The position numbers and the translations under genes are program-made. Below the pieces are notes generated by a model. The model was not told the origin of the DNA and did not search any database. It was given only the letters and a program-made list of their open reading frames with translations. Shown here one piece after another: positions 53,841 through 64,000 of a DNA stretch of 64,000 nucleotides. Location: contig CM052818.1 of the NCBI GenBank assembly GCA_028534125.1, positions 20,214,001-20,278,000 on the forward strand. Reading direction: 5' to 3'. The DNA is from Lama glama (Eukaryota). Position 1 is the stretch's first letter, and every line of letters begins with the position of its first letter.

Positions 53841-56800
53841 TAATGAGCAGGATCTGTATTCAGCCCATTTCAGTGACAGTCTAGTTAATGGCATGACTAC
53901 AACTCCTAATACAACTGCTGCCAACTTGACCCTACTATGGAAGGTTCCACAGTATTTACTGAATCACCACTCAGGGTCTGCTTTGGTGCTAGGCTTTGAG
54001 GATACTGAGAGAAGACACAGTCTCTGTACTGAAGGAGGAGTCTGGAGGGAGAGGTGGACCCGAGTCCAGATGGACACCTGAAATGGTAAGTTCTATACCA
54101 GAGGGACAAACAGGACACCACCCCTTGTCCTTAGAAGGCAAGGTCTGCTGGTCTTGCCTTTTTTGGGTTCAGCAATTTGCAGCTGGAAATCCAGCCAGCA
54201 TTCTGTCATCACAGAAAGGGCCACTCCAGCTAAAGGACCAAGAGTAACCCTCTGGAGGTATGCCTGGAGCCTGGTAGAAGTGGACAATGGAACCCTAGGC
54301 AGGGTCCAGAATTCCAGGACAGGAAGGCCAGAAAACCACTCCTCAAGCTCCTTTGTCAGGACGACAAGTTGCCAAAATAAGTGAGTGTAGGGCTTCCATG
54401 TCCAGCCACGTAAGGGGCCGTGTGCTGACGAGTGGTCAGCCCCTTGCAGGTCAGCCCAGCCAGATAAAGAGCTGAGGAAACACAAATGTAACTCCAACAA
54501 GTTGAGGGGGATGTAGGGGAAGCACGTCTTCCTGCAAAGTGGGGGTCACCCAAGTTACTTGGAGGATATCAGAAGCCTCTTTAGAGGCCAGGGAGTTGAA
54601 AATGGACTGACCTCTGAAGAGACAGAAAACAGATTTTGTTATTCTTAAAAAAAAAAAAAAGGCTTACATTTGTATTTGTTTAATTTGGCCATGGAAGGTA
54701 TTTGCTTTGAGACCATGTGGCACTTTTCAGCCGATCGGAGATGTGAAGGCACGTGTGTGTGCATCTGTGAGTCTGGGGGAGGGGAGGGTGTGTTCATGGA
54801 CTTGGGTCTAGGGGGACATTTGGGCCCATGAGCATGAGGTGGGTCAAGAAGATTCCTCTCGTTCACCAGTGAGGACACAATCTGATGGCATTTACGAAAC
54901 AGAATTAGAGCCAAAGACAACCTCCATGGCGGCACCTGAAGCATATTTACGGGGAGGTCCAGGGTTTGGACTGAGGGCAGGGGTCGACCTGTAGTTCAAC
55001 TCACACCTGCTGAGTCTGAGATGCCTCACAGACAGCTAACTGGACAGACAGACCAGGTGGTGGCCTATGAAAATCTGGGCTGGAGAAATAATGAGTGTGG
55101 GTGGATTTTCTGAGAAGATAGTATAGTGGTAAAACTGTACCGTGAGCAAGTCCAGTGACTAATGGGTAGGACTTGCCATGGAATAACCAGAGAGGAGACC
55201 CAGGAGCCTGGGTGTCCAGGAAGCCCAAAGAGGAGAGAGGATCTCAACCAAAGAGCCTGGCCAATCACTGCCACGTTGCCAAGGGGTCTCAAGTTCAGTG
55301 ACTGAGCAGCTTGGAGATTTTTTCATCCAACTGAGTCCCATGGAGATAGAGTCATTTGCCTTTGCTTATATTTAATGATATTTTCTCTTTCTGCTTTATG
55401 ATTCTAATTTCAGAAACTATATTTTTTGAGAAAAGATTTTCCAGATCAATAGAGGTATCAGGTGCCAAGGTTGGCCTGATGAATGGCTTTAGTAAAGAAA
55501 TGAAAACTTCAGAACTGTCAATCACAAAAAGAGGAGGGATTTCCAGAATTCCACTCAGGGGAAAAAATAAAGCCACAAACTGTGCAGGTGACACCGGGAG
55601 ACATGTCTTTTCATAAGACAGTCTAGTCTCCATGCAGGAAGAACCCCCTATTCAGAGAAAAACCCCTGGAGTCCTATGTTCTCCAGGAGGCTTTCAGTCT
55701 CTAACCAAGAAGGGTCTAGCAGGCCCACCTCCTCCTCCAGGTGAGTGGGTGTACTGGCGTCTCAGCCCAACACCAGTCCAGTTTCCTGGACCCCATCTCT
55801 ACTCCACCAGGCCCACTGCCTCCTGGCTGCCTTCCCTGGCGACTCCCTACCTACTGCTCCATCTGAGGGGGCGACCATACTCTGGGTATTTCTTTATGTC
55901 CTTCCCATTAAAAATCACTCTCCACCAAACTACAAGCCCTTCTGAATTATGTGCAAATCTGCTCAATGTCATTAAACTAAGGTGGGCATTTATCACAATA
56001 TGCAGAATCCTGTACAGACTGGTCAGAAGATTCTGGAGAGTTAGTGGAGGAGACAGGGCATTGTGCACAGCTTCAGTACCACTTCTCAAATCCTGCCTGG
56101 AGGGCGCCTTAGATCCCCTCCAGGGGCCTACTAACGGCCACTGCCTCATCCTCATCTCTGAGTCCGCCTGAGTCAGCTGCTTCCTTTTTTTTTTCTTTCT
56201 TTTTTTTTTAAACCCTAGGACTATTCTTGGAGCAGGATTTGGGTTTTCTCAATGTCATTCAGCTAACATTCAGAGTGCTGTACAACCCCTGACTCTGCTG
56301 GCATTCATCAGCTGAATGCATCCTCATAGTAGAGCAGGTTGTTTGGCCATCAGTGTGGATGAAACAGCAGTAAGTTACATTCAATGGAGGGAGGTACTTA
56401 TAAAAAGGTTGGCCCATCTCTGTCTTAGGAAAAAGTGAAACCCAACTTTTGAACAAAGGCTCCTTCAATCATAGTCAAGCTCCTAGAAGTATACTAAGGG
56501 CACGAGGGTACACACACAGAGCAGAGCGGACCCTCAGATTTAGGACTTACAGCTTTACTATTCTTGAGCTAAACTGACCATCTATATGACAAGCAGCAAT
56601 TTCTACCTGTATAGGGCACGTATTTTAATTGTTTTTTTTTTTTTAACAAAGCCAGTGGGTGAGCCAGCTGGCCAACGAATGAGCCCAACCAAGTGGAGAC
56701 AGTGATGAGGTCTGGGAGGATACTTCTCAGCCAGAAAGCAAGTGGTTTGACCAAATTAAACACAGGAATGTGCAATTTGTTGGTGATTCAGCTCTATAAC

Positions 56801-56935
56801 TAACTAGTCCTCCAAATATTCTATTCTTAAACAAAGAAATTATGATCTGTGATTTTTTTTTAGCAAGTACTGTGGCGAAAAAGAAAACTTCAGTGAAAAC
56901 GAAAAAGGTGGTTAACATGTGCTGTAGGATATGCC

Positions 56936-57760
56936 CAGGCAATACATAACTCTCAGTGTCTCTATATACGTGCATTTCTATATCACATAAATCATGCTAT
57001 ATACTTTATTGCATGCATACATCAGTATGTAATTATATATGTACTTTATATATATGTAATAAAGTATATAGTATGATTAATATAGAGATAAACATCAAGT
57101 TATATATAGAGAGGTACAGGTAGAGAGATGTTGAGAGTTATGTATTACCTGCATATATATATACAATGAGTTATACAGGCAATAAAGCAGTTAACATGTA
57201 ATATAAGAATGGACTCAGGCAATGTATAACTCTTAATCTCTACTAATCATACTAGATACTTTATTGTGTGTATAATAAAGTATATATAATAAAGAACATG
57301 TATATTATATAGTAGAGTTGACCCTTGAACAACTGGTTGGAAGTGCACAGGTCCACTTATACACAAAGGTTTTTCAATACATATGTAGTACAATACTGCA
57401 TGTTCTGTAGCTGGTTGAATCTGTGGATGCGTAACTACAAATACAGAGGGTTGACTGTAAACTATACACAGATTCTCCACTGCACAGAGGGTTGATGCCC
57501 CTAACCCCTGCCTTGCTCAAGGTTAACTGTACACATGTGTAATAAGCAAACAGTATGATTAATGTATATGATACAGATACATGTTGAGTTATGAACTGAT
57601 TATATACATGCAATAAAGTATATACGTAATGAGCCATCTAGATGATTAATACATGTAAATGTTTTTAGTATAATTATTTGTACATGTGTATTCATATTAT
57701 ATAATTAAAATATGTATATATAGTATAATACATGTATATACAACATGTTTTACATAAAAT
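56936..57760. repeat. AT-rich low-complexity region with internal inverted repeats
   Basis: Repeated aataaagtatata(gtatgattaat) motif in both orientations; see findings. Confidence 0.7.
57315..57529. mobile_element. Tigger2a-like non-autonomous Tc1/mariner-pogo element
   Basis: Terminal inverted repeats gagttgacccttgaacaa ... ttgctcaaggttaactg, flanked by TA on both sides (57313-57314, 57530-57531). Confidence 0.85.
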
Positions 57761-58809
57761 CAATAGAAGTTTAAGTAACTTAGACTATATTTGGTGTTAC
57801 TGGTCTCTTCTTAATTTTGCAATTTATTTTTACCTACTGCTTTATGCTAACAGAGATGGAAACAACAATTACTCCTGAAGCCTTCAGAGTACACACATAC
57901 AAACTCTGTGTCTTATCAGGCTAAAGAAAAAAATCACTATTTTCATGCCTTAACAGCTTCAAATAGAAGTTAAGTAAACAAATGTTAATTTCCTATCTGT
58001 TGATAACTGTCAGTTTTTATTGCCAGAGATTCACTGTTAAGATACATCTATATATACTCATAACCATACCTGCTCTTTTTTGAAACATAAATGTTCTAAT
58101 TTACTGGAAAATCACTGCAGGGCACAAGTATAAGCTATAAAACAATTAAAATCATAAATCCAAATGGCAGCAATTCTCAGTGAGTCTTACAACATCAAAC
58201 TAAGCAGTTGCCAATCTGAAAAGCTCTGCCCTGGGCCCTGCAGGTGAGCTGGCTGGAGCTAGGGCAAGAGACAGGCAGAGGCAGCTTCAGATGAGTGGCC
58301 TCCAGCAAGAACCCGAGGCTGGCTGGAGTCCCTGTGGGACATTGGGACAGTCAGTCCAGGGGTCAGGAGGTTCCTGAGGCTGCCCACAGGTTTCTAGCCA
58401 CCTCGTTTCTCTTTCATAGAAAAGACCAATTTATTCATGCATTCAAATATTTGGTGAACAACTAATGTGTGATATGTCCTGTTGTTGGCATGGAGGAAAC
58501 AAATTCCCTGTCTTTGTGGACCTTACATTCTAATGTGGAAAGAGACAATCAGTTATTGGAATAATAAATAATATATTCAGAAGCAAAAGTGCTATGAACA
58601 TTTAAGCTGGTATGAACTCTGGTCCATGTTGTTTCTTTTTCATTAAGTGACAAGTATGTACTGAGCACCTTCTAAGAGTCCTGGCCTCTGTGAAATGATT
58701 TGCAGGAGACAGAATTTGAAGCCTTGGCTTCTGCCATATGCAAGCGGAACCAGGAGAAAACCTAAGACCACCAAATGCCACCTCAAGTGTTTGGTACGTA
58801 CTTACTAGT

Positions 58810-58990
58810 GCAACTCACGTGGATGATCTATTTCCCACCCAAATTCTCTGTAATGGGACTGCCATCACTCTCATTTTATAGATGTCAAAATGGAGACTTT
58901 GAGAGGGTAAATACCTTGCCTAGACGCCCACAGCTAGCATAGGGGTAGGAACCAAGACTTTTACCTTGCAGTGTGGGCTCCTGACCACAC
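58810..58990 (-). mobile_element. MIR
   Basis: ctcattttatagatgtcaaaatggagactttgagagggtaaataccttgcctagacgcccacagctag. Confidence 0.65.
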
Positions 58991-59489
58991 CTGGCATGTG
59001 TGTCTAAATTAGGTGGTGGAGACCACGGGCACTGAAGAAGCTCCTGAGAAGCTGTGAGCTCCTCGCAGGACGCACAGCTGCTGCACCGTCTGGACTCTCC
59101 CCAGGCTCCCGGGCCAGTGCAGGTGCCGGGGGCGGGGGTCAGAAAATCCGGATGGTCTGGTTGTTCTCTGGCCTCACTTAAGGATCACCCACCCAAATTT
59201 CCAGGCCAGAAGGCCTTTGGGCATGTGGTCATCCAGCCCTGACTTCTCAATAATGGCATTTCATTGGCCTGTCAAACTTATTTTTAATGCTCAACTAGTG
59301 ATCTAGATTTGGGGCCTTTGGAAAACTGGTTACAGATCAGCAACAAAAGGATTAGGGGACATTCACCAAAACAGGGACTGTCTGTGATGTCACATAAGGA
59401 TTGGTAAGGGCAGAGGCCCGGCCACCGAGCAGGAGACGAGGATGCCTCACTGACGTGAGTCTGAAGATTACTCTGCCTCTGACTTATTA

Positions 59490-59652
59490 ACCATACGTGA
59501 ACACACTGATTGAACCTCACTGAGCCTCAGGCTCCTTATCTGTAAAACGGGGACAACAACACTCATTTCAAAGGCTTACTGTGGTGCTTAAATCAGATAA
59601 CATGTAAAGAATTCATTATGGTTCCTGGCACAGAATGCTTGGCAAATATTAA
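59490..59652 (+). mobile_element. MIR
   Basis: aacctcactgagcctcaggctccttatctgtaaaacggggacaacaac...ttaaatcagataacatgtaaag...cctggcacaga. Confidence 0.75.
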
Positions 59653-59839
59653 TCCCAATTTTCCTTCATGACCACTTTCCAAATCTGATCATTCAAACCA
59701 CTAGTTTCTTACTCCTCCCTCACCTACCAGGGGAAAAAAAAAAAAAGGCTGTCTGCTTTGTAAACATTTCAATGTCCGCAGGTTTTTGTAGACTGACTAC
59801 ATTATAAGTGACACTGTGAGGGAGCAACACAATGGCAAA

Positions 59840-59867
59840 CCACCACCACCACCACCACCACCACCAC
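59840..59867. repeat. (CCA)n trinucleotide repeat
   Basis: About 9 units of cca; explains the poly-W run in ORF 59720..59908. Confidence 0.95.
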
Positions 59868-61559
59868 AAGGGGAAATCAGAATGAGGAAATGCAAATAGG
59901 AATTGCACAACGCTGGCTGCACCCTTGTTGCTTAGATGTTATCTATATTTCCCATTGTAGCTGACTTTGTTATGGGTGGATGGGGTGGGTACCTTGGTTG
60001 CGAGCTATAGGACATGGGACACCCAGGCACAGCCACCTTGATACTCCTGTGACTTCTGAGGCCAGGGTACAAAGGTGATGGGACCGCAAGCTGCCCAAGC
60101 CATGGTGTGCTATTGTTATGTCTAAGAGGCAAGCTGTGTCCAGCCTCGCCCATTTTCCCCTTGGTTTTCCAGCTCACCTGCTGTATCTGTGACCTACCTC
60201 CATCTCTGCCCAGCAAATTTCTTTTCTGTGCAAGTTAGCCAGAGTTATGCTTACTACTAAGACCCCTGAATAACCACCATGCCTCCAACAATCCCAGGCC
60301 GGTCTAAAAACCCCTCACTCATGAAGGCGGCCTGTGACGACAGCTGTTTGCTGTCAAAGGCTTACAAACTTGGAACTACCTCAGGAGCCAGGCCAGTGTA
60401 CTTTGAGAGTGGAGAGGCCCTGCCGACCACCACACATTTCATAAGTGCCTGTTGATGACCTGTTATGTGCACAGCACTAGCTGGGAACAGAGACCAATAT
60501 TGAGAAGAGCAGTGAGGACCAGCGATACCTAACGCATTTGCCTCCAGGCTGTCAGACAAGGCCCGGGCAAATGATAGCTACTCAGCGTATGTTGACATGA
60601 TCCAGAGCTGAGAGGTGAGGATCAGATGCCGTTTTAGGGCTCTCTCTCTTAAAAAAAAAAGAAGAAGAAGAACCTATATAGCTGTTTCTACTCCAGCTTC
60701 AAATTAAAACATCAAGTGAATCATAAAACCTGGAGGAGTCATCATGCAGGACACTATTAAAAGCAGTCTGAGAATCCAAGGTTTCAGCAACACAGCAAGA
60801 AAATATCAGTGATGAATTGTCTCAGGGCAAGGATCAACGAGTTTGAACTGAACAAACCTGAAAGCTAAATAAAGAATTGAAACTGAAGCAGCAGAGCTAC
60901 TGGGAAGCCCCAGATCTGTAGGCTTTCCGGCCCTGAAGCCTTTTTTTCTCGCTACTTTGCCCTTCAACTCCTAGGCTAAGGGTCAGGAGGCTCAAAATGG
61001 CATGAATAGACTCTGGTTTTTAAAGTTCAACACCACCACCCGTATTTCAAAGAAGCTCATCTAGGAGAAGTCCATTAATGCTGGGCCTTAAGAAAACTGT
61101 CAATTAGTGAGGAGTGTCTTCACCTCCAGGGCCTTTCCTCACCTCAGCTCATCTATCCGCAGGGGTACCCTCACCCTGGTCCAGGGCCTTTCGGCCTCCG
61201 TGCTCCTCCCGGCCTCTGTGCTCCTCCCGCTCTGCCCTCAGCAGCTCCCGCGAGAGCCCGGGGCAGCAGTGTTCACACCTCCCGCGAGAACTCCAGGGAA
61301 ACGGCAGGAATTCACGCGCGTCAGAGTCTCACTGAACACCAGCTTCTGTGGGCGAGACCCAAGGATGCTAAAGAAACAGTTTCCACTGGGGAAAAAAGCT
61401 TTTAATCTGATATGAAATGGGAAATACAGATTTAAGTCCCAATAAACATCAAATAAAAAGTATAAATATCGAGTGTTCACTTCCTGGCTTTTGCAGAAAC
61501 TGTCCTTTCTGCCTGTAACACTCTCCCCTGCGCCCCCTTCACTGGTCACCTCTCACCAC

Positions 61560-61800
61560 TTCCTGTAAGGAGCTTTCATGAGCTCCCCCAGTTAGATTCA
61601 CTGTTCCTCCTAAGAGGTGCCAAGGCACCTGGATGGACCTCCTCTGCCACAGTACCTGTGACAATGAAATGCGAATACCTGTTTATTTGCCTGTCTCTCC
61701 CACTAGGCACAAAGGGGACCAAGAGAACGAGTTCACCACTTTATCCCCACAGGACCCCACACTGTGCCTGGCATGTAGTAGGCACTTAATAAATATCTGA
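61560..61800 (+). mobile_element. L2 3' end
   Basis: ctgtttatttgcctgtctctcccactag...actgtgcctggcatgtagtaggcacttaataaatatctga. Confidence 0.7.
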
Positions 61801-64000
61801 CAGCTGACTTCTTAAGAATCAACAGAGGTGCCAAGAGGAGACCCAGAGAGATCTCTGCGGCTGAAGAGGGTCAGCTTCCAGGACAGCAGGCTCTTTGGAA
61901 CACTTACTAAAGAAAGATCTATTAAGTCATTTTCTTCTGGAAAGTTAGTGTTGCCTGCACCACAGCTTGGATGCCAGGCTGATAAAGTAACACTGCCTGA
62001 ACCCACTCTACAAGAACCAACCTGTTGGGCTATTAGTGCCCTGGCTTGGCAGCCCCAAATGTAACCATGTTGCTTACATTTGCCCTGCTGTTTGCACAGA
62101 TTAACTTGCCTTAAACAATTTTTAATCATATTAAACAGGCACTTCACTTAGATACAATGGAGACACATACAACGTGATTTTGATTCACAGTGCATTTTGC
62201 TATGGCAGTAATCATATATGGAATGGACTTTGATTTTTACGCTTCTCTAATCCTAATGTGAATTAGGAATGGCTCATTGTCATAGGCTGAAGCATTTGCT
62301 TTTCTCAGAGGGTCCTTACTTATGCACCTACTAAGTATCTTTGCACTGTTCTTTTTTTTTAATGTATATATTTATTGGCATGTGTGAACCTAGAAGGGAA
62401 TTACTCAAAGACACTAAAAAGTGGAAAAATTCGATCAGTCAATTATATTTGGCTACATGAAGTCAATGACTAATTCATTTCCCTTCTGATGATGCAAAGT
62501 TAACCATATCCAGGAAATTGACACTCCTTCCCCCCACCCCCAGCCCTGCACAGTAAGAGCCAACCTCTGGTCCAATATGCCAACTTCAGAAAAGGTTCCT
62601 CTGTTCTAGGTAAATTAATTCTCGTAAACACAGAACGTTAATTTTAAATCCAGTCATTGTGACCTAAAATGTTCCCCCAAAGTCACTGTTCTATTCACTT
62701 ACTGGCTGATTCCAAAAAACTTTCTAGAGGAGCACCGTATATCAGAAACCAAACAATCCTCTTCATCAAACCTATGATGAGGACTGTGCCAACTTTTCCT
62801 TTCTATCAGGGTTTGGATTACTGAGTTCTACAGAATGCAGGAACTGTGGTACAGGCCATCAATTCATCTTCCCAAATGCTCTTTCCACAGACATTTTTAC
62901 TAATATTTAGATAAGTATATATGCAAATCAATTAAACTCCAATTTTCTAAAGTTTATGTGTATAAATATGACTAGAGCATGGTGGTGAAAAAGAATTTGA
63001 GAAATCGCCACAGAGAGAAAGTATTGGGCAATCAGTAGCTAAAGTAGGCAAGCCAAATAATTACCAAAGTGTCTCATTCATGCTCCAGTCAGATAGTCCA
63101 AGTGAGACATCCTTTTTTCCAGAAAAGATTTAACTGTGTCTAGGAGGTTCTTTTCAAACTTCACCATATTTACCAATTCAGTGGAGGCTGCTAATGAAGA
63201 AATATTTTTAACTACTCAGGACCACCTGACATTATATAAACATGTAACACAACCATCCTTATCATTCACCACATAGACTATGGAAAGCTCTTTGTCAGAC
63301 AGAGTGGAAGATCAGAGATAGAAGACTTGCTCCTGGTCCTTAAAGAGTTTGTAGTGTGTTGAAGTTAGATCAATGAGTGAGGGGTTGGGCACCAAGAATA
63401 TGATCTATTTCTTCTACCCAGAAGCCCTAATGTAAATGGAGAACCATGGATCTACAGTCATTTTCTAAGACAAGTAGGGATTTCCAGTTGGGAAATGAAC
63501 ATAGAATAACTGAGCAGTATCAAGGGTACTGATCAAATAAGGTTTCACTTGATTCTATTAATGTTAGTGGGTTACAGCAAACTATTCTTTGAGGAAATTC
63601 CTTCTAGCTGGTTGTCTATTCATATTCCTTATGATGTCTCAGAAGGCAGTAACACCACTCTAAGTAGAAGTAAGAACAGTGTCCACTGCTTGATGCTAAC
63701 ATCTGTTCATTTACAAGCAAACATTTAGAAATCACTTTTCTAACTTGGAAGACTTGGTGAAATGGCTTGACCACTGTCAGGTGCTTGAACTCAGCCATGC
63801 TTTGAGTTTGCTTCCCCTTCAATCAGTATGTGTTTCATACACATTTGTTTCTTCATTCATTGCTGGCAACTTGATTTCTTTGTGCTTGGAAAGGCCTACC
63901 TTACTACCAAACACCTAAGAGGATAGAAGGGGACCAAGATACAATATAACGTAAAACCAATACATTTGATCTATGTGATACAGCAGAACTCTTCAGGGTT

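Noticed and set aside
55632..56171. Longest ORF in the window (179 aa, antisense to PRKCE), likewise 15341..15841, 17458..17916 and 41490..41972
   Set aside because: No recognisable domain or homology, and composition is typical of random GC-richer intron or repeat sequence; such lengths can occur by chance in 64 kb.

Overview
Mammalian genomic DNA, most likely camelid, judged from a tRNA-derived Vic-1-like SINE and camelid/cetartiodactyl-type L1 3' ends. The window holds the 3' end of PRKCE (protein kinase C epsilon) on the minus strand. The last four coding exons (human numbering 12-15) lie at 44036-44174, 39203-39391, 34960-35106 and 14456-14602, all with canonical GT-AG sites, and encode the kinase C-lobe and C-tail (DLKLDN, DFG, T566, T710, S729, ...GEDLMP*). 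A ~3.1 kb 3'UTR follows with two AATAAA signals. About 11 kb of downstream intergenic DNA and ~20 kb of the preceding intron are also present. The rest is ordinary eutherian repeat landscape (L1M, L2, MIR, MLT1, an ERV1 LTR, MER20, MER58B, Tigger). Repeat family names are from recall of consensus sequences and need RepeatMasker/Dfam confirmation. I see no evidence of a novel protein-coding system; the other short ORFs look spurious. The most interesting unexplained signals are non-coding: a 46-bp near-identical element present once inside the 3'UTR and once just past the distal poly(A) signal, a tandem poly(A) arrangement that would include or exclude a dense miRNA-site block, an AT-rich fold-back array at ~57 kb, and candidate intronic regulatory patches at ~61-63 kb.
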